Below are positions 21,423-32,917 of a DNA stretch of 64,000 nucleotides, in pieces. The stretch is taken from NCBI GenBank assembly GCA_013416795.1, contig RQSC01000630.1, forward strand, positions 165,742 through 229,741. Direction: 5' to 3'. The position numbers and the translations under genes were made by a program. Every line of letters starts with the position of its first letter. Position 1 is the stretch's first letter. Source of the stretch: Prasinococcaceae sp. CCMP 1430. Lineage: Eukaryota > Plantae > Prasinodermophyta. The notes below the pieces were generated by a model. That model made no database searches and was not told the DNA's origin. It saw nothing but the letters and a program-made list of their open reading frames with translations.

Positions 21423-22905
21423 TTACCCCGCAGGCGTGACGGTCACGGCAGCACCGGCAGCGGATGGTCCGTCTGGCCCAAGAGCGCCTGCATCCGACGC
21501 ATCTGGGTTCGTCCGCGCATGCGACGTCTTCGTGCCGGAGCGGCTGCCAATGGCGGCGCCGGCTTTGCGCTTCTGTGCAACGGGCACGCCCGCCATCGCG
21601 TCTCCCTTGCTTGCAAGGCTGAGGCCGCGAGTGCGCGCGTGCTCGGCTGCGCCAGCGAACACCGCTGCGGTGACCGCAGCCACGTGCGAGGCTGCCGCCA
21701 GCTCGGCGCGCGTGACGCGGAATCGCTTTGGTTGGTGCTGCTCAGCCGCTGGGGCCTCCTCCGCAGCGGCGAGCCTATCCGTGCCCGCGCCGCTGCCGCT
21801 GGCACCTTCTGTGGCTGCGGCGGTCGCGTCCGTCGGGCCGCTCTGGTGAGCGCCGGGAGCGGCCCCGGTACCAGCCTCGGCAGCCTCGGCGTCGTTTGTG
21901 TCGTCCTCGACCAGGTCCAGCACATTTGGCAGCGAGAGGATGCGCATCGACTCGATCTTCTTGAGCCACTCCTGCAGATCGCTAAGCTCCGCAGCGATGC
22001 TGTGATCCATCTCACCGAAGAGCGCACCTGCCGCTGCGGCAGCGGCCGCCGCGGCGGCCGCCTCCGACGGGTCCCCGCGCGAACCCGCGGGCGCCGCCTC
22101 CCGGCGGGCGCGCACCTCGGCAGCCGCTGTCGCGATGACCTCGTGCTCCTCCTTAATGCCCTGACCCAGGCGCGCACGCGAACGCTGCAGGGCCCCAATT
22201 CGCCCTTTGGCATCCTCCGCGAGCAGCTCGAGCCACTTGACTGCGGGCTCCGAGAGAGCACTCTTGCGCGCCTGCAGGCGCTGCAGCGCCAGCTCGCGCA
22301 TCTGCGCTTGAGTGGCCGCGCCCAGTGCCCCATCGCCTCCGCCCAGCTTGGTGAGCGCGCCCAGCAGCTCGTCTTCCTCGGTCACTTCGGTGCCAACACC
22401 GGTACCGCTCGGTACTCCCGTCATCTCCATCTGAATGTCTACGTACGGGAACTGAGCGAACAGATCGGCCTCTTCCTTTCGCGGGTGGCCGCCGGTCGAC
22501 CTGCCACGCCAGTTAGGGTGGTGCGTGCGCTTGTGGGCACAGAGGGAAGACGCACTGCCGTAGCGCTTCTGACAGCCGTCGATGCCGCATACGTGGCGCT
22601 TCTGGTCGTCGGTCAAGCGGCGGCGCGGTCGACGCTGCAACGTTCGCGGCAGGCCAGGCGTTGGTCGCGCCAGCGCGCATCACAGCGGCGAGGCGATCAG
22701 TCAGAACTGCACTGTGTGGCCTAAACGACGTGCGTGCTTCCTAAAGGCGGCGAGCGAGAGGCTTTTTGGACACCACGGCATCCTCGAGCGCGCTCGCAAC
22801 CCTCACCTTCTTTGCCTCAGGGTAGAGCGCTTGGAGGAGTCTGCCCTTAGACGTGCCAGCATCGCCTGCATCTGCGCCAGGCGCGTCGCGCTTGAGGTCC
22901 GCCAT
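21423..22905 (-). CDS. Single C2H2 zinc-finger protein; exons 22905-22807 and 22634-21423
   Basis: A phase-0 GT-AG intron gives MADLKRD...EAKKRRPRRRLTDDQKRHVCGIDGCQKRYGSASSLCAHKRTHH; coiled-coil-like middle. Confidence 0.8.
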
Positions 22906-23229
22906 GCAAGGAAGTAGGCCAATGCACAAGGCCCCCAGTGCAACCACTCTTCACGTCCCACCCCTACTCCTCTCGTCCCGCCGCGAGAGCGCTGCTCGGC
23001 GGTCCACTTGCGCTCACCCACGCGCGTGCGCGAGCACGCGCCGCCCCTACCACGGCGTCACCTTGGGCCGCGAACGCGCCGCGCCGCGCGAGCCGGGGGA
23101 CTGCCCCAGCGCGCGCGCGCGATGGGGTCGGGAAAGAAAGGGAGGGAACGGTTGGTGAGGGAGCGGGGCAGGGGGATGGGTGGGTTGGGGGTCCTCGGGA
23201 GGATGTGTCGTGCGCGCGCGCGAGGGCGA

Positions 23230-23761
23230 ATCGTCGACATCGTGCGCACCACGCTCGGGCCGCGCGGCATGGACAAGCTCGTGGTCGACAAGAACAAGGG
23301 CCAGTCGACCATCTCGAACGACGGCGCGACTATCATGAAGCTGCTCGACATCGTGCACCCCGCGGCCAAGACCCTCGTGGACATCGCGCGCTCGCAGGAC
23401 TCGGAGGTGGGCGACGGCACCACCACCGTCGTGCTCCTCGCAGGCGAGATGCTGCGCGAGGCCAAGCAGTACGTCGAGGACGGCGTGCACCCGCAGCTCA
23501 TCATGCGCGCGTTCCGCACGGCGCACCGCCTGGCCACCGCGCGCCTCAAGGAGCTCGCCGTGTCGATCGCCGGCAAGGACCCCGCCGACCGCCGCGAGCT
23601 GCTCATCAAGTGCGCCAAGACGTCGATGAACTCGAAGCTCATCGGCGGTGAGAGGGACTTCTTCGGCCCCATGGTGGTCGATGCGGTGCTCGCCACCGAG
23701 GCCGCCGACCTGCGCGAGAACCTCATCGGCATCAAGAAGGTCACAGGCGGCACCATGCGCG
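23230..23761 (+). CDS. CCT7: T-complex protein 1 subunit eta (fragment; both ends missing)
   Basis: [74 protein letters not shown]; cut by n at 23762. Confidence 0.93.
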
Positions 23762-23885
23762 NGGGCGCGGCGCCGCGGGCGCGCGGCGCGCGACGCCGCC
23801 AGGGCCGCACAGGGAGGAAGGGGAGTTCCAAGGAAGGGAGCGGCGTCCGCGCCCGCCGGAGCAGCGGGGGGGAGCGTCGGTGGAG

Positions 23886-25086
23886 ATGGAGGTGGCGGCC
23901 GCTTTGTGGCTGTCTCGGACCGCGCACACGTCGTCGCTCCTGCTCGGAATCTCGCTGGGCGTCGCGTGCCTGGTGATGCTGACGTCGTTCCTCGCCGTGC
24001 TGCGGGGGCTTCGGACGGTCCTCGCCGAGAAAGGCGAGGGACACGCGCCCGCCGCCGCGCCCGCTACTGGGGCGCGTGCCGGCCCCGCGCCCGCGGCCGT
24101 GCAGTGCGCGCCCGCCGGGAAGACCGCCAAACCCAGCGGGGGTGCGCGCGGGCGCGATCCGCCGTCGGCCGCCCCTGCGCCACCCCCGGCAGGCAGTGCG
24201 GCGCTCGCGAACGCGTGCGAGCGCGGTCCCATCCCGGGCCCCAGTACGCCTGGGAGCGACGACGACGTCGGCGCCGACGCCGTGAGGAGGAAAAAACGCG
24301 CCTCGCGCCGGGATCGCAAGGCGGTTGCGAGAGCTGGCGAGCGCGTCACATCGCCGCCCAAGCCGGCGCTTGCCATGTCCAGCACCGCCCAGACCCCCGA
24401 CTCCGACGAGTTGCGCTCGCCAAGAAGTAGCGCCAAAAGTGCGCTTGCGAGGGTGACTCCAAGTCCCCCCGCGCCTGCCCAGCCCACAGCGCGTGCCCCC
24501 TCCCGCCCCGCCCCGTCCTCAACCACCCCACCTAGCCGCCCCGCGGCGCCCGAGCCAAAGGCAGGCACGTCGAGCGCGCCGACAAGTGCTACCGTTGGGT
24601 GTGCCCCCGCGCCCGCCGCCCCAGCCACCAAGATCTCACACAACTCAACAGTCGGCGCCACATCGCTTACGGTGAGACCCGTGTCGCCACCGAACGCCGC
24701 GATCACGTCAACCGCCCGGCCCGTCGGATGCTCGGAGAGCCCGATGCTCGCCAAGAAAGGAGACGCACCCGCCACCGCCAGGGCCGCCCAGCGCCCAGCA
24801 GCGCCCACCAAGGCCTCGTCGGCGATGTCGAGCGCCAAGAAACCTGAGAAGAGAACGCCGACGATGCCCGGCTCGTCCCGCGAATGGACAGATCGACCTG
24901 GGCACTCCGCCGCGGCGCTGGCGTCGACGTCCTCCAATGAAAGGGGGCTCCCGGCCGTCGGCTCGCCCTCGGCCGCGCGCGGGCCGCTCTCCACATCGGC
25001 TACGAATGCCCAGGAAAACAGAGCGACCCAAGCCGCGCAACAGCAGCCGCGCGAGCGCAGAAGGCGGAAGCAGCAGCAACAGCAGC

Positions 25087-25122
<36 letters not shown>

Positions 25123-25736
25123 CGCGATGGCAACAGCACCAGCAGCTACATCAGGCGCGGCGGCAGCAGCAGCAGCACCAACACTACCAGCAGCAGCAGC
25201 AGCAGCCACACCAACAACAGTGGCAGACGCAGGCTTCCCCGCGCCCGCGCCTGTGGGACGCGCCCGCCACGGCCGCCGCAGCTGCCTTCACTGAGGGCTC
25301 CTTTGACCATGGCACTCGCGGCGTGCGCGAGCACCTGCGCACGACGCACGGGCCCGCGAGCTCGTCAACTGGCAAGTCTATGATCTGGGACTCTCCGAGG
25401 AACGCCGCATCTCCGATGGGCGTGCCGTCCGCCGCCGCCGTTGCGACGCTCGGCGGAACCTTTTCGGGCGATGGCGGCACTGGCACGCAGAGCGGTGCCC
25501 ATGGTGCTGTCCCGAAACCCCTTAGTACTAGTGATGGCGCGCACGGGTCTTCGGGCCTGGCACGCTGGGCTGCCGCGCCCGCTTTCGTCCCGCCCCATCG
25601 CGGCGGCGCCCGCAGCGCCGCGTCCGGCGGCACGCGCGCAGAGCCGCGGCAGGTCTCTCTGTGGGGCTCGTCCGGCAGCTTCGGCAGCTTCGACCTCAAG
25701 AACGCCGAGGGTCTCCTGCCGAGCAACCTCCTCTGA
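23886..25736 (+). CDS. Hypothetical protein with an N-terminal TM helix and a disordered Pro/Ser/Ala-rich, polyQ tail
   Basis: Long ORF; LLLGISLGVACLVMLTSFLAVL hydrophobic helix; CAG-rich polyQ at about 25070-25220. Confidence 0.7.
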
Positions 25737-27800
25737 TCCGACAGGCTCGGCCAGCAGTCGCCGCTCCTTCGACAGGTTGCTGCCTCCGCCGGACGAGCTC
25801 GCGCGCGCTGCTGCCGCCGCCGGTCGACTCACATAGTAGTGTGTAACCGTTCACCCCCAACCGAACCGGCCCTCCTCCCCCGGCGGCGCTCGCTCGCCGC
25901 GCGGCGCGCGCTCCGCGGCGCGCTTCGCCGCGCCCGCGTCGGCGTCTTGATCTTTGATTGACGGGGGGAATCAGTAGTGTCACAGATTGGTTGGAGATCG
26001 TTCGGGATCGCGCCGACCGCGTCGCACTCTTCCCCGAGCTCGGGGCGCCGCGCGGATCTGGATCCAAAAGCGTCCTCCCATCTAAAAAAGAGATCTGACG
26101 CAGCCCGGCAGATACAGTCGTACTGATGGCACTAACTGTCTGCCCAACAGTCGGACAGATGTCATCATGTCATCACATCAGATGGTGCGGTACAGTACGA
26201 TCGATGCACGTCTTTGTGAGCTCGGCGTGGGCCTATGTCTGGTCTCAATCGACCAGCCGGGCGGGCGGGCGCCGCGCGGTCGTGTTTATCCGCTTTCGCG
26301 GCGCGCGCGCGCGCGCGCGCATGCGCTTTTGATGGCGGCCGCGGATATTTCCGGCCGGGGCGCGCGCGTGGCGGCGGCCGCAGGCGCGTTGCACCGCGAC
26401 ACAAAATTGGTTCTGTACATGGGGGCACGCGCGCGCGCGTCCTCGCCGCACGTCCCCACCACCGTCCGTCGTCGTCCCCGCGCGCGCGCGCGCGCGCACC
26501 GTGCGAATTGCGAAAACCGCCGCCAGACATTAGGGTAAAGCGCAGCGCGCCTTCTTCTCCGATGACAACAGTCCATATTCACAAACCCTCATTCGCGAGC
26601 TGGTTCAGGTTTCGCACGCCGAGATCGAGAAAGCGCCCGAGATGAAAAGCGCGGGCGCGGACGCGGCAGGCAGGGGCCACTTCGGAAAGGGCGGTGGGCG
26701 AGGGAGGGGCAGACGGCGCGCGCGCCGAGTAACGACCTCCTCCGCCTCGCAGCTCGATCGGGTGGGTGCGAGCTCGACGCGCGCAAGCGCGGTGTGGGCA
26801 CATTGTGACAGACACTGTACCGCGGACGGGCGACGAGGGCATGCTTGTGCGCGTGTGAGCAGCAAGTTGAAGCGGTCTGGATGCCGTCCGCAACTGGGAC
26901 AACGCGGGCGCCGCCACGGGTGCGCCCGCGTGGCACACCGGCCGCGGGTGGGAGCGCGCTTGTGTGCACGCTGGCTGGCGGGGCCCGGCCGGCCGGCGCC
27001 GCGGCTCGAGCCAGAGCCAGGGCCAGAGCCAGAGCCCGCGCTCGGCTGGCGACCGACGCGACGCGGAGATCGGATACTCCCGCTCGCGCCCCCCGCTCTC
27101 TCCAGCGCAGCTTCCGGTGCTGCGCTGTCTGCTGGCAAGTCGTCGCCCGGGTGGCTGGGCCAAGGCCAGGCGGGCAGGCGCGGCGGCGGCGGCCGTGCGT
27201 CGGCGCTAGAGGCTAAACCCGTACTCTGCCCGCGCGCTGCTGACGGCCTCGGAAGATCCGATCTCGGATCTCTCGGATGGATAGGATTAGGATGGGCGTC
27301 GGCGGGATCCCGCGCCGCGCGCGCGCCGACGCCGGCCGCGAAGCGACCCGACGCATTCGAACCGATGGTGGAATTGAGTCGCCCGTGGGTGTATTTTGAC
27401 TGCGAGGGTTTCGGGTCGCGCGCGGGGCTCGGGGCGCGCGCGGCGGGAGCCGGCCCGGCCCGACGGTCGACGCGGACAGGCGAGAGCTGCGCGCGAGGGC
27501 GCGCGTGGTGCTGCAGGCTCCGTCCGACGCGGTCGCCGACGGTGGAGGCGGCGGGGAGCGCGGGACTGGCGGGCTCGGTGGGGGCTGCCCAGGAGCGCGT
27601 GGCTTGCTCGGGTGCAGCGCGAGGGGGCTAGGTGAGGCGGGCGGGCTCGTGGCCGAAGACTGCGCATTGGAAGGCGGGCGCCGCGGCACACGCGTGGCGT
27701 GCCGGCGCACGGTGCGTGCAGCAGGTCGGGTCGGCGAGGGCGGTTTCGAGAGCGGAAGTGTGCGCCGTGCACGACAGCGGGCGCCTGCGCCCACGGGCGG

Positions 27801-28469
27801 ATGAGGGCAGCGATGGTATGTGCAATGATGGCACCCTGCGGCGCACGGGCCGCCCGCGCGCAATCCGCCGCCCAGGCCCGCGCCGGGGCCCGCCCCCCGC
27901 GCCGGGCGCGCGTCGTCGCGATGGCGACGCGCCGTTCTGCGCGCGAGCACGTCGTGCTGGTCTCCACGCTCGTGCCGAAGGAGGGACACGAGGCCGAGCT
28001 GCGTGAGCTCTGCGACGGCGTCGTGCACTGGGCCGCCAAGTCCGTCGGTGAGCCCCACAGCGGCGTCGAGGAATTTTACGCGCACAAGGACGAGTTCGAC
28101 GAGGGCGTGGTGCACTTCTGGCAGCGCTTCACCGGGCCCGACGCCATGGGTAAGCTGCACAACAACGTCGTGTACGCCTCTTTCCTAAAAAAGGCGTCCG
28201 ACGTACTGCGCGAACCCATGTCTATGGGCATGTATCGCTATCTCGATGGCAAGATCAGCTGTATGATGCACCCCTACGGTCCCAAGGGTGAAGGCGGCGT
28301 CGACGACGCCACGGGTCAGGCGGGCATGGCGGGCGGCGCCGGCTACCAGCAGCACGTCAAGGTGGACATCACGGCAGACGTCAACCGCGAGGAGGAGAGC
28401 GGCGGTCGCATCTGGACGGGCGTCGTCGGCAAGATGAAGGGCATCCTCGATGCCGTGCAGACCTCGTGA
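27801..28469 (+). CDS. ABM/dimeric alpha-beta-barrel domain protein with a putative plastid transit peptide
   Basis: Arg/Ala-rich leader ending ...RARVVAMA, then VLVSTLVPKEGHEAELRELC...HFWQRF...FLKKASDVLREP (LsrG/YgiN-like pattern). Start is one of the ATGs at 27801-27828. Confidence 0.7.
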   Translation: MRAAMVCAMMAPCGARAARAQSAAQARAGARPPRRARVVAMATRRSAREHVVLVSTLVPKEGHEAELRELCDGVVHWAAKSVGEPHSGVEEFYAHKDEFDEGVVHFWQRFTGPDAMGKLHNNVVYASFLKKASDVLREPMSMGMYRYLDGKISCMMHPYGPKGEGGVDDATGQAGMAGGAGYQQHVKVDITADVNREEESGGRIWTGVVGKMKGILDAVQTS

Positions 28470-28747
28470 GCGCACGCGGAGACGCTACCTTACCGCGTCG
28501 CCAGCGCCTCGGCGAGCGCACGCGGGGGTGGGCAGGCGCACGCCTCGCGCGCGGCCGTGTGGTGGCGCGCCTGGCCGAAAGGGCGAGCTTAAGACAACGT
28601 CCACTTCACAGGAGCGCCCTCTGCGATTCGCACGGACGGACAGCCATCTGCATGCGCGCGCGCGCAGCCCAGCGCGGTGCACAGCGCACTTGCGCATCGC
28701 TTTTGCACCGACAGCTGTGCCTCCCGCCGTCCATGTTGTCGATCTCC

Positions 28748-31315
28748 TCAGAGCTGCACGAATTCCCCGTAGCACTGCTGGCGCAGCTTGTAATATTCCT
28801 CGGACAGCGCGCCCTCGAACACCACGTGCTGCGGGTTTTGCTTTGCAACGCGTACGAGCGGGCCGCACTTGAGGGTGCCGGCGTCGAATTCGGTTGCCAC
28901 ACCCGACTTCTCAAGCGACTGCTTGAAGTCGCCCAGCCGCAACTCGCCCAGAAAGACTGCCGGGTGGTCACGCTCGCTCTCCATCGGCCCGAGAAGGAAA
29001 GGGGCCTGAGCCCTGGCCGCCTCGGCGGCAGCGTCGGCTGCGGCATTTGTGGCGGCAGCGGCCTCCTCCTCGGCCTCAGCGACGGCCGCGTCCGCCCCGT
29101 GCACGATGCCATCCACGCGCGCCACATCGCAACCGCCCACGCGCGTGAAGCGAGTGTCGCGCATGAGCGCGTCCGTGAGCTCAATGCGGTACATGGCCGT
29201 CTGGCTGGTGGTGTCCACGGTCTGCATGACGTGCGGAGCGTGCACGGTGTCCTTCTCCGCGGCGATTGAGAGGCAGTGAGCTGTGAGCGCTCTTGTCTCG
29301 GCAGGCGTTCCACGCACGACGATCACGTTGAAGGGCGCCACGTGGCTCAGAATTGTCTTGAGCGAGCGCAGATCGCTCAGTCCCTCGAATGCCACCTGGC
29401 GCACGCTGCATCGCGGGTCGAGCGACACCGTGCGCCGCTCGACCTTCGTCGGTTTGGCCGCCCTCGCCTGCGGTGCGTCTTGCTGAGCCCCGCCGCTGAA
29501 CGCACGCTCGAAGTCCATATCCGGCTCCTCTACCCCAACCCCGCTGCCAGACGGCCCCGCGTTCGCGTCCGCGCCCCCGGCGTTGTCGTCCATGACGACG
29601 TCCTCCCCGCCGGCCTGCGGAGCGGGCACCGCCATGTGCGTTTCCCTGTTCTCGTCCCAGTCTACTGGTTCTCCGTACTCGTCCGCATCGGCAAGCAGCG
29701 GCTCGTGGGAGAACATCGGCTCTCCACCCTCGGTGGGCGCGATGCCTTCGAACAGCACCCCACCCTGGCGGTATGTCTCGTGCGCGATTACACCACCGAA
29801 CATGGAGCCGTGTGCGCGCACTACCACCAGCGGCGCGTCCTCCCCAGCAGTTTCGCGGCGCTCTCTGGCCTCGAGCGCGGCCAAGCGAGTGAGGTTGCCC
29901 TCCCCCGTACGCACGAGCGTCACGGGCGGCGCGTCCTCCTGCGGTGCTGGCGCGGCGCCCTCCATTTCGGGCCTCGATTCATCCCCCTCCGGACCCTCCT
30001 CTGCCGCCGCGGCGGCTGCTTCCGCGCGGGCCTTCTCGTACTCCACGAGCTCGGCGCCCTCGAGCTCCTTGCGCTCGCTGAGCGACATGCGCAGCGCATG
30101 GCGTGAGGCGACGTGCGCGCGACGAGCGCGCTGCAGGACCTCCGCGCCGAAGGTTCCCTCTTCCGGGCGCGACGTGAAGAGCACGAGTGAGCGCGGGTCG
30201 GCGGACCACTCTGCAAAGAGCTGGCGCGCGTAGCCAGACTCGAGGCTCGCGGGGCTCGTGAGCACCACAGTGGGCACCGGCGGAAGCGCGCGCAGCTCGG
30301 CCAGCGAGTGGCACAGCCGCAGGTGCTGCGTGGCGAAGGGGTTGTGGCGGGAGCTGTCGAAGCGCCGCGTAATGTCGTCACTCATCCACTCGAGCTGCGA
30401 CTTAGCGAACTCCATCGTGTTGTATGCAACGCTGGTGAGTAGCACTAGACTGTAGTTGCCAAGCCGCTGGTCGCGCCACGCCGACTCGAACGTCATGATA
30501 AGCTCGAGCATGCGCCCAGCAGTGTCGCTGAGAACGAGCGCGTTGCCGTCCTTGCGCACGCACTGCAGCACCTGCTCGACGATGGCGCCGCTCGCGTTTC
30601 CGCCTCCCCCCCCCCCGCCGCCTGTACGCATCTTCCCGCCGTCCGGCGACGCCGCGCGCGCGCCCGTGATGAGCAACGTTGGCCGGCGCAGCTCGTCAAG
30701 CGTAGTGCCGTTGAGGTGCTTCTCCCTGCGATGGTTGTAGTCCACCGCGTAGATGATCTCCTCTGCGTCCTTGGCAATGCGCCACACGGTACCACCGAGC
30801 GTGTGTCCCGCGGCGTGCGGCACGATCGTCACGCCAGCCGCGCGACCGGTCAGGACCGCCTGCTGTGAGTATCGTAGCGTGCGCACGGCGCTGAACGCAA
30901 GATCGACGTCGTCCAGATCGAAGACGTCGAAGTCCTCAAAGGCCTGACGAGACAGGTAGTGATCGTACATGAACATTTGGCCCATCTTGTGGACGGGGAT
31001 GGTCGCGTACACTGGAGCGCTTAGGCCGAGCTTGCCAAACGCGTATGGGAGCGCGCCGAGGTGCGCCGTATCTGAGTGCGACAGCAGCACCGCATCGATG
31101 GGCCCCGCGTCCAGCGCGTCGCGCAGCGGGCCGAGCAGCGCGGGCGTGAACTTGTCATCCCAGCCGCAATCCAGTAGGATGCGGGCTCGATCAATCTCGA
31201 GCAGGTAGCAGGCAGGGTCGCACGAGTGCACGCCGCAGAGCGGTGTGAAGCGCACGCGCGTCGCCTGCGTGCCCGCGACGACCACAGCGGCGGGCTTCGC
31301 CTCGCTGCCCGCCAT
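28748..31315 (-). CDS. CPSF100: Cleavage and polyadenylation specificity factor subunit 2 (CPSF100), intronless
   Basis: FTPLCG...CYLLEID..ILLDCGW, HSDTAHLGALPY, AGHTLGGTVW, YAVDYNHRREKHLNG, SQLEWMSD, FEGLSDLRSLK, EGALSEEYYKLR. Confidence 0.97.
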   Translation of the reverse strand: MAGSEAKPAAVVVAGTQATRVRFTPLCGVHSCDPACYLLEIDRARILLDCGWDDKFTPALLGPLRDALDAGPIDAVLLSHSDTAHLGALPYAFGKLGLSAPVYATIPVHKMGQMFMYDHYLSRQAFEDFDVFDLDDVDLAFSAVRTLRYSQQAVLTGRAAGVTIVPHAAGHTLGGTVWRIAKDAEEIIYAVDYNHRREKHLNGTTLDELRRPTLLITGARAASPDGGKMRTGGGGGGGGNASGAIVEQVLQCVRKDGNALVLSDTAGRMLELIMTFESAWRDQRLGNYSLVLLTSVAYNTMEFAKSQLEWMSDDITRRFDSSRHNPFATQHLRLCHSLAELRALPPVPTVVLTSPASLESGYARQLFAEWSADPRSLVLFTSRPEEGTFGAEVLQRARRAHVASRHALRMSLSERKELEGAELVEYEKARAEAAAAAAEEGPEGDESRPEMEGAAPAPQEDAPPVTLVRTGEGNLTRLAALEARERRETAGEDAPLVVVRAHGSMFGGVIAHETYRQGGVLFEGIAPTEGGEPMFSHEPLLADADEYGEPVDWDENRETHMAVPAPQAGGEDVVMDDNAGGADANAGPSGSGVGVEEPDMDFERAFSGGAQQDAPQARAAKPTKVERRTVSLDPRCSVRQVAFEGLSDLRSLKTILSHVAPFNVIVVRGTPAETRALTAHCLSIAAEKDTVHAPHVMQTVDTTSQTAMYRIELTDALMRDTRFTRVGGCDVARVDGIVHGADAAVAEAEEEAAAATNAAADAAAEAARAQAPFLLGPMESERDHPAVFLGELRLGDFKQSLEKSGVATEFDAGTLKCGPLVRVAKQNPQHVVFEGALSEEYYKLRQQCYGEFVQL

Positions 31316-31688
31316 TGCGGCGGCGTGGGCGCCTGAGCGCGTGGCGGGAGCGGAGCGCGTGAGCGTTCCGGACGTCTCGAACGAAGCGAGGGCCCAGGCG
31401 AGCGGCCTCCGCGGCCGCCACCCGCGCGACCTGCGCGCGGTGTGGGGCCGCCGCCCCGCCCGCGCCTGTGCGCGCGCCCTAAGCCAAAACGCAAGGTTTC
31501 GGTTGATTGATACGTAGCTCGAGTGTGGGTATACAGTAAATAGGGTTTATTTTTGATGATCGACTGCACACGTAGGACTCCTACGTACTTCTTGTACAGT
31601 AGTACTACTTCGAAGTAGATCGCACCCAGGCACAGGTGCGCGAAGCTCTGGCGCCCGCTGCGTGCGTGGCCGCCAGCGAGCGCTCGCC

Positions 31689-32917
31689 TCAGAGCATCTG
31701 TGGCTTGAGCGCGTGCGACACCTCGTGGCCGAGCGCAAAGAAGCCGGCCAATGTGCATGCAAGCCCTAGATACACCAGTGGCGCTAGCGGCCTGCCCCTC
31801 GGCTCGAAGAAGAAGTAGAACCAGACATCGTACCTCAGGTTGATTGCCCACGCAGGGCACACATACGCGATGCCGAAGAGCACCACGAAGCTCCAGTGCT
31901 CTTTGCAGAAGGTCAACCTGTTGACGAGGACCTGTCGGACTCGCGTCCGACAGTGGGAATACGGGACGACGCACGTCAGCGCTTGCAGCGCGAGGTGTGG
32001 CGAGCACCGACCCACTCGCCACATCTGCACATGCACGCACCTCGATGAGCATTAAGACGGCGTTGAGAGCGTGCGCTGCTAACACGAAATGCGAAAAGAA
32101 GACCCCGAGCGCATGTTTTCTCCTCGCCGGGTCCTCGATGAGGCGCGTGGCGGGAACCAGTACGAACCACACGACAACGAAAACCAAGAAGGCACAGGAG
32201 AAGCTCTGTGCGTTGCCAGGAGCAGGTGCACGTGCGAGTGTCGGCACGCGGTGGTATCAGCGCACGGTACGCGCATCGCGAGGTTTCGCGCAGCTGGGTG
32301 CGGGGTGCGCATGCCTCGCAGGTTCACGACGGACCTGCTCGAAGACCACCCACAGAAACTTGTGCACAAGCTGAGGAACGACTGTGTCAAATGCGAATTC
32401 CCCGACCACAAGCCTCACAACTCCAAGCGACCCAGTCATCGAGAAGTAGAGGCCCTGTAGAGTCCAACACCACACCGTGAAGGTGAGGGCAATCATCGGA
32501 CCTCGCAACACGAAATCCGACCCATCAGCTCGCGTGAGTATGAAGTGTGAGTGTGTAGACGACACCTGCACGCCGCCGTGCGCGGCGAGCATGTGCGTGG
32601 CGCTGGGTCAGCGGACTGTTCTTCCACAATCCGCGCCAGCAGCACCGAGCGCGGATCCGAGCATTCAGCATTGTACGTACCTTCCACTTCACAGACCACA
32701 GGATGGACACCCCCGTGGCGAGCCGCGCCACAGCTAGTAGCGCGTCCATCGCCTGCCCCCCCTCGCCGCGCGCGAGCAGCGTCGATTCTGCGTTGGCGTG
32801 CACCTCCCACATGAGCTGGCCCGAGGCGCCCGCCGAACGAATGCGCTGGATCGCGACGTACGCAACCATTCCTAACATCGCAGCCGTCGGCGCGAAGCCA
32901 TCCGGCACGAGCGTCAT
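31689..32917 (-). CDS. Multi-exon polytopic membrane protein, rolling-stone/FAR-17a-AIG1-like; an extra 5' exon may start at 33427
   Basis: Exon pieces ALTFTVWCWTLQGLYF, FLVFVVVWFVLVP, HALNAVLMLIE, NRLTFCKEHWSFVVLFG, WFYFFF..APLVY, linked by GT-AG introns. Confidence 0.6.

Noticed and set aside
21295-21849. Cys-rich RCRCRC ORF
   Set aside because: A product of the short tandem repeat and antisense to the zinc-finger gene.
25840-27700. Possible ncRNA or small gene in the long intergenic stretch
   Set aside because: No tRNA/snRNA signature, only a 5-bp hairpin, and the ORFs have low-complexity GC composition.
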